The notes beneath the pieces were generated by a model. The model did not search any database and was not told the origin of the DNA. It worked only from the letters and a program-made list of their open reading frames with translations. Below, in pieces: positions 48,686 to 62,039 of a stretch of 64,000 bases of DNA; within the stretch, counting starts at the first letter, position 1, and each line of letters starts with the position of its first letter. A program made the translations under genes and the position numbers. This DNA comes from Geosiphon pyriformis uo1. Taxonomy: Eukaryota; Fungi; Glomeromycota. The stretch is from assembly GCA_016748015.1 (NCBI GenBank), contig JAAOMT010000352.1:186001-250000 (forward strand). Direction: 5' to 3'.

Positions 48686-49066
48686 ATTAATAAGAACACA
48701 CCTTTTATTGCATTTTGTTTTTATAATATGTTGATGTATCTGTTATGTCTCAAACATTATTTTGCCTTATATCTAATTAGATATGTAAGATGTCTCATAT
48801 TATATAAGGTGCCTCAGATTATAAAAAGTAACCAAATTATAAAAATAAAGATTTTAATCCAACTGTAGGATTCTAAATGCAAATTACAGATTTTTGGTAA
48901 AAAAAAACCTAATTTTAATAATGCATCTACAACACTTTTTGTTTCTTACCCCCAACTAATAATCAATAATGAAGACTGTCAATTTGATCCTCCACATACT
49001 TGTATAATTGCATAGAAAATAGCACAATGTCATGTTGTCAAGCTCCTTAAACACAGCAATGCCTAT

Positions 49067-50070
49067 ATCAATTGAAATATCAATATAAAATACTTTGCAC
49101 AATATCAGGAATATCAGAGTGAAAGTCAACTGCAGTTTTTTAAAAAATGTTCTAATCATTATAAGTCATGAGATTTGATATATAATATATATAGACATGC
49201 AATGGCTTCCGAATTAATGTGGCCATATATTGTTTTTAAAGAAAATCTATCTGTTGAAAGTTACTTAGAATGAACCCAAAATGAAACAGATCTTACATTC
49301 AGGTTAAAGTATGAACAAGTTTTTTTTTATTTATAAGCAATTATTAAATTTTGCACTGGAGTTTGTTTTAATAGGTTTTCATTAAGACTCATGGCTAAAC
49401 AAATGTTTGTACCAATTTGGTCTGCTTGGTGCCATCCTATTTACCAATTAATTGAAATTGCTGATAAAAAACAATGACTATGATTAAAGCCTGAAGTTTG
49501 CAAGCTGATTCAAGAAAGAATTGTAATTTCTTGATCTAAACTTTCAAATCAACATCAAGACCATGATGCAATACTTGAAGAAATTAACAAAACACTCAAA
49601 TTGTTAATTTTTTTTACACCTTTACAATGGCATTGGAAAATTGCAGTGCATAATTGTATCAAATTTAAGAGATTGCATACTAATCTCTTTAATGTTATTG
49701 GATATTCTAAAAGTGAAATATACAGGTCTTGTACATGTCCTAGCTTTATTGCTGAATCAAATTGATTTCAAGTTCAGATAAAAAAGACACAGTTTGTAAA
49801 TCCAAATGTCTCTAATTGTGTTTTTCGTAATATTGGCCATAAATGGATATTAAGTGAAAAAATGAAAAAATTTAGTGAAATTGCACAAATGAAAAAAATA
49901 GACTTTTTTAAAGCAAGACAAATTAAGAAAACATTGTTAGGTACTTGAAAACCAATTCCAGTAACAAATAAAAAAGCAGATCATCAAAAAATAGAAATTT
50001 GTTAATAAAATTACAACTATTATTTATTATTAACTCTCTAATATCTCTTTTAAGTAATCATGTTTTCGAA
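49067..50070 (+). pseudogene. Captured fragment, probably an Academ/DUF6589-like transposase C-terminal half
   Basis: IKYFAQYQEYQSESQLQFFKKCSNHYKS*DL...IWSAWCHPIYQLIEIAD...HQDHDAILEEINKTLK (49553-49600); the D-x3-E-x2-N-x3-K pattern recalls that family. Confidence 0.45.
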
Positions 50071-50399
50071 GCTTATCAAGTTAATTGTGTAACAGCTTAA
50101 TAAATATCCTTCAAAAAGTTAGAAATATATTGTATTGTGTACAGTTTTGTTTATATTGGATTGGATGCATTACTATTTATAATTGGCATTTTTAAAACAT
50201 GATATGTTAAGTCTAGGTCTGAATCTCCATTCTGTGTGATTATGTTTGGGTTATGAAAAGCATTTAACATGAATTTATTTGCCCCAAAAAAGTTGATTTT
50301 TAATACATCTTTAAAACTATTAATTAAACTTTTGCTTGCTAATACTAAATATTAGTCAAATAATGAATATAATTGCTAGTATAGAGCTTTTTTTTAATC

Positions 50400-50990
50400 G
50401 CAAATGCCAAAGTTGATGTGAAAATATATTTATTAAGTATATATCGGAATCTTCATGCTTTGAGTTTTATTACTGGTCACATTTCTCTTCCTAAGAAAAA
50501 GTAAATTTGAACTCCATTTCCAATTGATTTGCTCAAACAATATCCCATTAACAAACTTGTTCCTAGAAAATCTTATTGGGCCATTATTCTCGCTTGTAGG
50601 TTTGTTAATTTCTTTTCCCAATATGGAGAAAAAGTAATCTCATTAATCAAAGTTTGATCCAGAGTAATTTTATTGATACCTGCAGCAATAGTCTCCAAAG
50701 TACTACTAGCCTCTGAAGCATTACCAGTTTCCAAAGCACCAAGAGCAGCAGTATTGTACCATATGTCAACTATTATTAAAACTTTCATAATACCTGCAAA
50801 CAACAAGTCAGATATAATAGTTCTGTTATTGTTTTCTAATAGTGGTGGCAGCTTATAAAGAAGAAGAGTAATTGAATGTTGTAATATTTTAGAAATTTTG
50901 TTTAGTGTTCTACAATTATTTTTAGAAACTTTTCTAATTTTTTTTACTACCATAAAAAAAATGATTTTCATTGACAAATCAGGAAATCTC
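50400..50990 (-). pseudogene. Captured coding-like fragment of unknown identity
   Basis: ORF 50573..50977; the frame continues past a TAA (ARIMAQ*DFLGTSLLMGYCLSKS...). I see no TE motif. Confidence 0.35.
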
Positions 50991-51059
50991 CTTGACTGTA
51001 CATGTCCAATTAAATATAAAATGACATCTAATGTTCATATCTAATATTATATAATTATA

Positions 51060-51240
51060 GTATGACTATAGAGAGTGGAAATTACTTATATTCTGCTATT
51101 ATATTTGTGGAAATAGGGACTATAAGGAGATATATATAGTAAAAGTGACTATAAGGAGATAATATTATATATAAATGGTTTTGGTTTTTAAAAAAATGTG
51201 ATTATAAGAAGATAGTGACTATAACCAGAGAAATTATAAA
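51060..51240. repeat. Subterminal GACTATA(A)G repeats of the pogo element
   Basis: Several gactataaggaga-like units near the right TIR and two at 47040-47065. Confidence 0.7.
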
Positions 51241-52681
51241 GAGAGTTCACTGTACTGTCAAATTTTTTTTTGTATATAGAGTCAAAAATAATGTTTTATT
51301 CTTTAAATTGTGTTATTTCTTCCTAAATATGTAAACAATAGATTTGTGTACATATTGTAAAAAATAGTTTTTTTCTTATTTTTTTGAATTAATCTGAATA
51401 AATTTGTTAGGTTTTTGTAATTTTGGTAATCAATTTTGTTATAATAGATAAAATATTGTTTTGCTTGGTTTTGTAATTGGTATTTTTTAATTAAAACTAA
51501 TTTTCTGGTATGTTAAGAGTTTTTAAATAGTTTTTGATGTTGTTGTAATTTTTAGAATCTATTGTTTTATTACTAATTTGTTTATTAGATTGGTTGGATA
51601 ATAATATGAATTTTAATTTTGTCTCATTTTAAAAAGACTATTAATGTTTATGTATAATTTTCTGAATTTGTATAAACAATGTATTTGTAATCAGCTAAAA
51701 AGTCAGTCTATTGGAATTGTTTTGTACTGAATTTCAATTTTTTCTTATTAAGCCATTTGAAACCAATATTGTCAGTTATAATATCGAATTTTTTTTCATT
51801 TTACAAATATTATTGAAAATGTTTTAGGACCCAGATAACAGCTGTTACTTTTAGTTCAATAGAGCTATATTTGGTTTTAGTAGATTTGAGTATTTTACTG
51901 ACATAAACAATAACTTGTTTATTGCTATTGTTATTTAATTATGATAAAATGGCACCAAATATTGTATATGAAGTATTGGTAACTAAGTAAAACTGTTTGT
52001 TAAAGTTTAGATAAGCAAGAACTGAAGCTGTTGTCAATTTTATTTTAAAAGTTTTAAATACTTTTTGCTGTTTATTAGTTTATTAATATGGCATATTTTT
52101 GTTAATTAGGTAATTAAGAAGTTTTGCAATTTTAAAAGAATTTTTTAATGAATTTTCAATAATAAAAGGCTAATCTAATAAATTCTCTTAATTCTGTAGT
52201 ATTTTAGAGAATTTAAAAATTTTTAACAGTATTAATTGTTTCTGGATTTGGTTGAATTTTATCTTTATTAATAATGTGTTTTAGAAAAATTAGACATGTT
52301 TTTCCAAAGTAACATTTCTTAATGTTTAGCTTCAATTTTACTTTTTGTAATTATTAAAATACTTTTTACAGATAAATAAGATAAACTTCAAAAGTTGAGA
52401 AATAGACATTAGTATTATTAAAATAAACAACTACTGATTGCTATATAAGTTTTTTGTAAACAATATTCATTAATTGCTGAAATATCACTGGTATATTGTA
52501 AAGTCTAAAAGACATAAAATTGAATTCATAGTTTTTTTTTTGTGTAATAAATGCTATTTTAGAACAGTCTTTGGATTTATTTCAACTTGTTAATATTTGC
52601 TTTTTAAGTTTAAAGTTGAAAAGAACTTGGTTTTTTCTAAAGTATTTAATATGTTATTAATTTTTGGTAATAGGTAGACAT

Positions 52682-55600
52682 TGTTACAGGTGATTATTTG
52701 GAGTCTCAAAGCAAATAACAAACCTGTAACTTGATGCTTAATAACTAATATAATGGAGATATTTGAAAATTTTTGTATTTGAAGGTTTTTGTTAAGTCCT
52801 TTGTATAATAGACAAAGATTCAATAGTTGTTTTATTAATAGTCTCCTGGAATCACAATTCCATCAAATTTTTTTCTTAGCATAATGACCAGTAATCCTCC
52901 TGTTAAGCTATTTTCAAATCTATGAATTCTTTATTCTTGTTTTATAGGTTTCTTACCAATCCTTATAATGTCTGTAACCCAGCACTTTTACTCCTTAATT
53001 AATTAATAAAACAGAACAAAAAATAACAAAGCAAAATAAAAGAAAAGGAAAGAAAAAAAATAAAGAAATAAGTCAAGGCAATTAGTGTTAGTGTTCTAAC
53101 AATAACTGTTAATAAGAGCTATTGTTCCAATGTGGTTAAGTATCAGCAAATATCAATATGAAGTGTTGATAGTGGGGAGTTAATTGAGATAGCAAATAAT
53201 TATTTATTGATATTTGTGATATAGAAGATTGCTTAGATTAAATTTAAACTGAGAGATCTGCTTTTTCTACTTCTAATACTACCACTATATATACATAATT
53301 GAGATTTTTCAATTTCTTAATTCTTCACACTAGAAATTTTGAAATTTCTGAAATCCTGCAATTCCTTTGAAAAGAATCTTGTAATTCCTCATCTGAGAAT
53401 TCTGAAATTTCTAGAATTCTGTAATTTCTCTGAGAGAAATTACAGAATTCCATATTTACTATATCTACTTCTAATTGGCTAATTTATATGCTAATATACT
53501 TCTTATATTCTAAGAGTAATATTATTTCCTTCTTTTAATATTAAGCTTTGTCAAAATCTCCTAATTCTAACTTTTTATCTTTAAGTATTTCTTAAACTTC
53601 TTTTTTGAGAATTATTTGTGTTATCTTGTTTTGTAATTCTTCAAATTAGGCATTGGTTATTTTTCCCATTTGGTTAACAGTAATAGTATTTATTATTGGA
53701 TTAAGTAAGATTTCTGGTCGGTCTTGAAATCTCATTTGTAATTGATAAATAGCTCTTGCTTGTGTAATTAGATTGTTTTTTTCCACAAATTGCTTAAGTT
53801 GTTGTAAAATTTCTGGATCAAATAATCACTTTGTCTTATCTGTATATAAGTTTTGGATATTTAAGTATTGTCTCAAGTGGAAATAACAAAAGTTTCTTGA
53901 AAATTTTTGTATCTACCAATTTCAAGTTTTTTTGGTTAATTCTTGATATGAGATGACTTTTGTTGGCTCTTTTATTGCCACTTTTATTTTTAAAATTATT
54001 TTGTCAATAGTGTTTTCTGGTTTCTTCTGTACTTTGTATTGGGATATCTTTCTGGTATCTTTGTATTGAATAGTTTGTTGGTTGATAGTAATTTCCATAT
54101 TCTGTTGTTGGATTAATTAAAAAAATTGTTGTGTTAATAAATAAATGTTGTTGGTAATTTCCATTTTTTTGATATCTTCTATTGCATCTACTACATTTTT
54201 ATATTTTTTTTTGGTTGATCAATTTAATATGTTTGTATCAATGATAATAATTGGTTCTAAATCTTATAAAATTTTATCTGGTCAGACTAGTATTTTCTGT
54301 ACTCCCAACTGTGAAATATTACTGGTAGATAATAATACTATATAGTGGTATGGTTTTAATCAATCACTATATGCTGCTTTGATTAAGATTTTGTTGTTCC
54401 ATCTTAATTTATAAGCTCTATTTCCTAGAATTTCTTCTATGTGAAATGGTCCATTCCATTTGGGGTCAAATTTTTCACTTCATTGTTTTTTTGCTTTGGT
54501 ATGATGTAAAAGTACTTTGTCTCCAATCTTGAATTCAACTGGTTTATCTAGTAGTTGGTTATTGTGTCTTTTTTCTTGTTTTTTTTGTGATTTTTGGATG
54601 TTATCAGCTGCTTTTTGTCATTTGTTTTCTAGAGTTTCCATCAAGTCATATGTTCTTTTTAACAATGTTTCTTGAAAATTGTCTTTGGTTATTGGTTCGG
54701 TTGAATATATATTGACTTTTATCTTAACTGGTAATGTTGCTGTTCTACCATATACTAATTCAAATAGTATTGCTTGTGTAGTGTCTTGCTTCATTGTTTA
54801 ATAAGCAAATAATATTGATGATATAAACAAATTGCATTTATTTTGGTTTTCTTGGCTGATTTTGGCAATTGCTTTACACAATATTTTGTTAAATTTTTTA
54901 ACTAACTCATTTGTTTGTGAATGATATAGTGATGATAATAGTCTTTTAATTTTAAATTTTTGACTTAATTCTGCTAATGTTCTGTTTACAAAGTGAGTTT
55001 TTTGATCTAATAGTAATTCTTTTAAACATCTATGTTGTCAAATTAGATCTTAATGAACAAATTCAGCAACAGATTTTGCATCTGCTCTTTGAATTGCTTT
55101 TGCTTCTGGTTATTTAATAAGATAATTCATGACTACTACAATGTATCTGTTGCTTCTGCTGGTTATAGTTAATGGTCTGACTAAGTTAATTCTAATACAA
55201 TTAAATAGTTGTCCCATTTTAATTGGTCTCAATGGTTTACTGGGTCTTGTTCTTTCTCTTCTTTAACAAGCATCACAATTTTGAACATATTAGATAATGT
55301 TTGGATATATTGACAGCCAATAATATCTTTTTTTGGTTTTTTTCATAATTGCTTTTTTATGAAAATATCCTGTTGTTAGATTTGAGTGCATATTGAATAG
55401 TATTGTTTCTTTCTCTGGTTCTGTAATTACTCTAGTTAGTTGATCTGAATTCTTTCTGTTTTTCCAATAAAGTATATCTTGATAAGTAATAAAATATTTG
55501 GATTGTTGTTTAATATGGTTTTGTTTTTTGGAGATAGTTTTTCTTTAAACTGCTGGATATTAATATAGTATTGGAGTTGTTAATATTTTTGTATGTTTAT

Positions 55601-55698
55601 TTTTTGCTATATTTTGGGTTAAAATGTTTTTAGATTTGTCTTATTTGTGACAAGTCATTAGCATTTTTGTTTTTTTTTCCTTTTTTGTAATATACTAT
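52682..55698 (-). mobile_element. Ty3/Gypsy family D, 3' part (LTR, ORF3, integrase, RNase H end); cut by family E
   Basis: 3' LTR 52682-53521; PPT-like aaaagaaggaaa; ORF3 ~54164->53541; integrase from 55600 with PKWNGPFHIEEILGNRAYKL; RNase H ends NANDLSQIRQI* at 55632-55630. Confidence 0.88.
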
Positions 55699-55765
55699 TG
55701 TTATTTATAAAAGAAAACAGATATAAAAAATAGTAGACCAATAAGAGAGTAGTGGTTAGCACATA

Positions 55766-55950
55766 AGTACATTGCTTAGCAATGTGAAGCAATGTCAGAA
55801 ATCATAGCACATTGCTTAACAATATGAAGCAATATCAGAAATCACAGCACATTGCTCAGCAATATAGAGCAATATTAGAAAATTAGGGCACATTGCTCAG
55901 CAATGTGAGTATTGCTCAAGAAATCATAGCACATTACTTGGAAATATGAG
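55766..55950. repeat. ~40-bp tandem repeat (4-5 units) with internal palindrome in family E U3
   Basis: Units at 55766, 55806, 55846, 55887, 55928; core CACATTGCTnAGCAATGTG. Confidence 0.9.
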
Positions 55951-56600
55951 TGATCTCATAGAACATCAATTATGTATATATAGTGATAGCATTAGAAAAA
56001 AAAAAGACAGATCTCTCAGTTTAAATTTGATTTAAGCAACCTTCTACATCAAAAATATCAATAAATAATTATTCAATATATCAAATCTACTCCTCACTAT
56101 TAACACTTCATGTTAATAGTAATTGATACTTAACTACACTAGAACAATAGCTCTTGATTACAGCTATTGACAGGATACTAACTTGTAATTGTCTTGGCTT
56201 ATTTTCTTTATTTTTTTTTTATCTCTTTTATTTTCTTTTCTGTATTTTGTTGTGTTTACTAATTGATTAAAAATTAAGTGCTGAATTATTGATGTCAAGG
56301 ATAGCCTGGTAAAAGATCCCAAAGAAAAGGTATAGGAATTGAGAAGTTAAGAATAGCTTACCAAAAAAGCATCTTTGCCAGATTACTGGCCACCATGCTG
56401 AGAAAAAAATTCGATGGAATTGTGATTCTGGAAGGCTACTGAGAAGACAACAATTGAATCTCTGTCTATTATACAAAGAACTTCACAACAAAACCTTCAA
56501 ATCAACAAAACCTTCAGATACCAACACCAATAAACTAATTAAGTATCAAGTTATGGATTTGTTATTTGATTTGAGACTTCAAATAATTATCTGTAACATT

Positions 56601-56617
56601 TGGTGCTCTCTGTGAGA
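56601..56617 (+). promoter_or_regulatory. Primer-binding site TGGTGCTCTCTGTGAGA
   Basis: Starts 2 nt after the LTR end; complementary to a tRNA 3' end ...UCUCACAGAGAGCACCA; related sites at 22542, 25306 and 44122. Confidence 0.85.
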
Positions 56618-58569
56618 TATAATCCTACAGAAAACCAGCATCAACAACAATCATCCAAAAGTGGCAGAATCAGAAATAATAGGGACAAACCATTTAGGAT
56701 TCATTAAATTCTTATTCCAACAATACAGCCAACAATTGGGCTTAACCAACAATTATTATCCAGCAAAATCAGCCTTCAACTTTTATGTCAACAAGAGAAT
56801 CACAGATTTTCTAGGAAGACCAGTTAACATTGAATTAGCAAGAGAAAATTTCTATATGGAATTAATCCAATACACCAGCTTACCACAAAATTATAGTTTT
56901 GCACCAATTATAAGAGAAATTAATTAAGAAATTGAAAAATACACTCAACAACAATTTCCTATTACCTATGCAAACCAGAGTAAAGAAAAATTACAAACAC
57001 CAGTAGTAATACCAAGAGGAATACAATTATTAACATAGAAGAAACAAAGAATTAAATCCTCATTATATCTATTATATTATCACACACCCAGAAGTACTAT
57101 CAACATCACATCAACAGGCACATCTACATCAAACATAACATCAATATTTGGATGACTCCCATTTCAAAGTAAACAAAAGAAAGCAGAATTACTAGGAACT
57201 TATAGTGATTACTTTAAAAGATTTAAATTGTGATTACCAATGCCATCAGGATTTTAATCACCACCATCTTAACCAGATTTTGGAACTGCAAGTCCTTGGA
57301 AAATAACAGCATCAGAAAAAAAAAAAAGAGGATCAAGAATTTAATTATCAAAACCCAATTGCAAAAAATCTGGAAATTGAAACTCTGAACATTCAAATTT
57401 AGTAAAATCAGAACAATCCAAATTCCAATATTAATAATCAACAACACTTATCTTCAGTAATCATTATCAACCCATCACCAGTTACCACACAACAATAGCC
57501 ACCACCACAACCTCAAATTCAGTTACCATCTCAACAATAACAATAACAACTAAACTTGGATCCAATGGTCTATGCCCTAATAGCAAAACTTGAAAAGTTT
57601 ACTGATAAAGAAGACAATGTTACTGGAGGTTTTTAGTCTCTTTTTTTGAATGTTGTTACTGTTTGTCTGTTGTTAATTTCACATTTTCTGAAAGCAATTG
57701 AACCTCTAATAACTGAATTTATCTTTAAATTATCTCCTATAATTTGAACTGCTGGACTTATAAGTGGAATTGCCAATTCTATGCCAGTTACTTTGTGTAA
57801 TTACATTGTAGTAAACATCAACTCTTTCCCAGAAATTGCTCATCTAGAAGCTTACTTAAAATGTGTAGTTACTTTGCTATAAAAGTCAACTCTTTTACAA
57901 GAATCTTGTCTGTAGGCTACCCTAATAATTGTAATAAGAAAATAAAAAAAAATAAAAGAAATGTAAAAGAAATAGGATTTTATCAAAGAAAACGTTTTCT
58001 ATCTAGATCTAAAATCACTAACAGATTACTGAAATTAATAGCTAATCAATTTCAAAATGTTAGTTGTGTTAAGGAAATTTCAAGTGCAATAATCAAAAGA
58101 TTTGGGTTTTGAATATTTAATTTTTATTTGAAATATGTAAAAGATGATTTGTTTCAATTAAGATATCTAAAGTAGAATACTATGATAAGATACTATAAGA
58201 AGATACATTTTTTTGAAGAGAAAAGCTTTTTTTTATACAACTTGCTATAGTACTAGTCTTTGAACTTGCACTTTTCTCTTTGCTATAATTTGGGTGAACT
58301 AAAGATACATTTTGGTGAATTTACAAGTTATTTCACTGAACTATTGATTATTTCGGCCAATTTTTATTAATTTCGGCGAATTTTGACTATGTTAAATGGT
58401 TCAAAATATTGTGTAATTTGATCATCTTAATTTCTAAAGTACAAATTGAATTATTGATTGAGTAATAATATTTGATAATTTGATTAAATAATAAGTGCTA
58501 TTCGAAATAATAATAATATATGCTAATTAATAATAGAAATTATAAGGGTAATTTCATGCTAATTAATAA

Positions 58570-59275
58570 CTAAAATTCTACTGGTAACATAATTTTCTTC
58601 TCAAAACTAAGCTCTATTAAAATCCAAGCACTATTTGTGATATTAAGATAGTGGTTCAAGATAATTAAAGTGATTTGGTCTGAAAATTGTTGAAATTTCA
58701 GTTCTGTGAGTTTTCCAATATATTGAATTTTTATTGGATAGAGTATTGGATTTTGTAGAACATTTTCACAAGTGTTGAATAAATCATAGAGTCTAAATGC
58801 TGCTTTAAGTTTGTAGCAAGTGTTTGTTGGTCCGGCTGCTGTCTTGAATTCATTGTGAATTTGTTTTTGTATAGCCTTAGGAGTGATGTTGGTTGCTTTA
58901 AGTTCCAGTTTTCGTTCATAAAGTGTTTTTCCAATATGAAAATATCTATATATAAGAGTATATTTATTGTTCTGTTCATTAAGAAATAGTAAAAGTTTTT
59001 GTTGAATTGTGTCATTTAGTAGAATGTTAATAAAGGCCATTAAAAGGTTTTCTTTTAATGCTTGCTTCAAAAGTTCTGATAATCTATTTTCAGAGTGACT
59101 TCTTGTTTTTTTTATAGAAGTGATAGTTCTAAGAATTATTTACTACTGGGGCTGTGGTTTTTTTCTGAATGTAATTAATTTGACTTTCATTAATCATTAA
59201 AGATAAGTTAGGAAGTGTTTTCAAGACTAACATTAATTTTTGGGATATTTGTTAGATATTTTGGGGAATAATCAT
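58570..59275 (-). pseudogene. B3 accessory ORF3
   Basis: ATG at 59275; includes the uninterrupted 166-aa ORF that reads into the LTR. Confidence 0.85.
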
Positions 59276-60853
59276 GATAAAAATGGTTAATTAATAAAAA
59301 GAATAAAAAAAATTATTTTTGGGTGTGGGAGTTTTTATTTGTTTTTGGGTTTGGGTGTTTTTTGTAATTATTTACTATTTTTATTTCCTGTTTTTGTGTG
59401 TTGAAAAAAAAAGATTATTGTAAGAATATGTTGAATTAAGTGTTCAAGTTTGGTTGTTGTTCTATTATAATTATTGGTTCTAAATTTCGGGGAATATCTT
59501 CAGGATTAATTAAAGGAGAATGTATACCAATTTGTGAAATTAATGGTTCAGAATTGTTTCTGAAGTAATAGTGTTTTAATTGATCTCTATGTACAACTTT
59601 TGCTAGTACTTTGTTATCAAGTCTTAACTTATATGATCCATTGTCTAGAATTTCATGAATATAAAATAGTTCATCCCATTTATGTTCAAATTTTCCACTC
59701 TATTGTTTTTTAGCCTTAGTTTTGTGTAGGAGAACTTTATTTCCAACTTTAAATTCGGTAACTGGTGGCAATTTGTTGTCATGTCTTTTTTTTTGTAGGG
59801 CTTGAAAATGTTCAATATAAGAGGCTGCTATATGTCTTTTTTCTTTCAATGTACTAAAAAGTGTGTAAGCTTTTTTTTGGAGTGTTTCTTGAAAGTTTTT
59901 TTTATTGATTGATTGCACTAGGTATGTTTCCATTGTAAAATTAATTGGCAATGTTGCTGTTTTTCCATAAGTAAGATTAAATAATGTGTGTTTCATAGTA
60001 TTTTGTTTTAGTGTTCTGTATGCTAGTAACATTGATGGAATAAAGATATCCCATTTCTGTTCAAAATTTGTTAAGACTTTGGCTAAAAATTCACACAATG
60101 TTCTGTTGAAACATTCTACAAGTCCATTTGTTTGAGGGTAATAAGATAATAATAGAGGTTTTTTGACATTGAATTGTTTACAAATTTCTTGTATCAAGTT
60201 GTTTACAAAATGTGTTTCTTGATCTAATAAGAGTTTAATTGAGCATCTATGTCTACAAATAATGTCTTTATAGATAAAATTTACTACTGATTTTGCATTT
60301 GCTCTTTGGATGGCTCTAGCTTTAGGCCATTTGGTAAGATAATCTACTACAACTGCAATATAACGATTTCGTTGGGTTGTGATAGGTAATGGTCCGACTA
60401 AATTAATTTCAACTCTGTCAAAAGATTATTCAACTTTGATTGGATTTAAAGATTTTGTGGGACAAGTTCCTCTTTTTTTTTGACAACTATTACAAGATTC
60501 TATATATTGTCAAATGTCTTTTTGCATGTAGGGCCAAAAATAATGTTCAAGAGTTCTTTGGATTGTTCTATCTCTTCCCAAGTGTGCTGAAAATAGATCT
60601 GTGTACATTTTATATAGGATTGTTTTTTTTTCATTTTTTTGTACTAATCTGAGTGATTGGTTTGAATTTTTACAATTTTTGTAATAAATTTTGTTGTGGT
60701 GTATAAAATATTGTTTGAATTAGTGTTGTAATCGATGTTTTTTACTTGGAAACCAATTTTCTGGCATGGTAAGAGTCTCCAAATAGTTTTTAAGATTGTT
60801 GTAATTTCTGGGATCTATTGTTGTTTAGTTATTTTGTTGGTAGTAGTAAGTTG

Positions 60854-62039
60854 TAGTGAAATTGTTAGTGGTGTTAATCTTGTCTCATTTTTGAGAGGTT
60901 ATTAATATTGGTGTGTAGTTTTCCTGATTTGTGATGTACAATATATTTGTAGTCTGCTAGAAAATCATTTCATTAAGACTGTTTGGCACTTTGTTCAGTT
61001 TTCTTTTTATTGAGCCATTTGAGGCCAATATTGTCAGTTATGATGTCAAATTTTTTTTCATTCTTTAGGTATTGTTGAAAATGTTTAATAGCCCAAATAA
61101 CTGCAGCAGCTTCTAATTTAGTTGAGCCATATTTGAGTTTTGTTGGTTTAAGTGTTCTATTGACATAGTCAATAATTTGTTCTTGGCTATTTTCATCCAA
61201 TTGTAACAAAATGGCACCAAATGCTATATGTAAGGCATCAGTGACTAGTTGGAACTATTTGTTAAAGTCTGAGTAAGCAAGAACTGAGACTGTTGTCAAT
61301 TTTGTTTTGAGAATTTCAAAAGCTTTTTGTTGTTTTTTAGTCTATTGATATGGCATGTTTTTGTTGGTAAGATAATTGAGTGGTTTGGCAATTTCTGAAA
61401 ATTTTTTTATGAATTTTTGATAGTAAGAAACTAATCNNNNNNNNNNNNNNNNNNNNTAGTGAAATTGTTAGTGGTGTTAATCTTGTCTCATTTTTGAGAG
61501 GTTATTAATATTGGTGTGTAGTTTTCCTGATTTGTGATGTACAATATATTTGTAGTCTGCTAGAAAATCATTTCATTAAGACTGTTTGGCACTTTGTTCA
61601 GTTTTCTTTTTATTGAGCCATTTGAGGCCAATATTGTCAGTTATGATGTCAAATTTTTTTTCATTCTTTAGGTATTGTTGAAAATGTTTAATAGCCCAAA
61701 TAACTGCAGCAGCTTCTAATTTAGTTGAGCCATATTTGAGTTTTGTTGGTTTAAGTGTTCTATTGACATAGTCAATAATTTGTTCTTGGCTATTTTCATC
61801 CAATTGTAACAAAATGGCACCAAATGCTATATGTAAGGCATCAGTGACTAGTTGGAACTATTTGTTAAAGTCTGAGTAAGCAAGAACTGAGACTGTTGTC
61901 AATTTTGTTTTGAGAATTTCAAAAGCTTTTTGTTGTTTTTTAGTCTATTGATATGGCATGTTTTTGTTGGTAAGATAATTGAGTGGTTTGGCAATTTCTG
62001 AAAATTTTTTTATGAATTTTTGATAGTAAGAAACTAATC
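60854..62039. other. Assembly gap (20 N, 61437-61456) flanked by a 583-bp duplication
   Basis: 60854-61436 appears identical to 61457-62039; identical 78-aa ORFs offset by 603 nt. Confidence 0.95.

Larger units (their letters stand above)
46992..51252 (-). mobile_element. pogo/Tigger-type Tc1/mariner DNA transposon, 4.26 kb, TA TSD, with cargo
   Basis: 20-bp TIRs cagtgaattctctttataat / attataaagagagttcactg (19/20 match); TA on both sides; the flanks rejoin into the family B integrase sequence seen at 60481-60540. Confidence 0.93.
40597..52681 (-). mobile_element. Ty3/Gypsy family B copy 2 (old); hosts family C and the pogo element; cut in RT by family D
   Basis: 3' LTR 40597-41537, PPT, ORF3 ~41520-42220, integrase 42400-43334 / 46861-46991 / 51255-51562, RNase H-RT 51613-52681; colinear with 57618..62545. 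Confidence 0.9.
55699..57617 (+). mobile_element. Ty3/Gypsy family E, 5' part (LTR, PBS, start of ORF1); cut by family B3
   Basis: LTR 55699-56598 (tgttattt...ctgtaaca); ORF from GTG 56661; gag start MVYALIAKLEKFTDKEDN interrupted at 57618. Confidence 0.88.

Noticed and set aside
55766-55950. CRISPR-like palindromic repeat array
   Set aside because: The intervening sequences are themselves repeated, the array lies inside an LTR, the context is eukaryotic and there are no cas genes.
60854-62039. Apparent tandem duplication of RNase H (two identical 78-aa ORFs)
   Set aside because: Identical copies abut a 20-N gap while all other repeats here are diverged; best explained as unmerged contig overlap.
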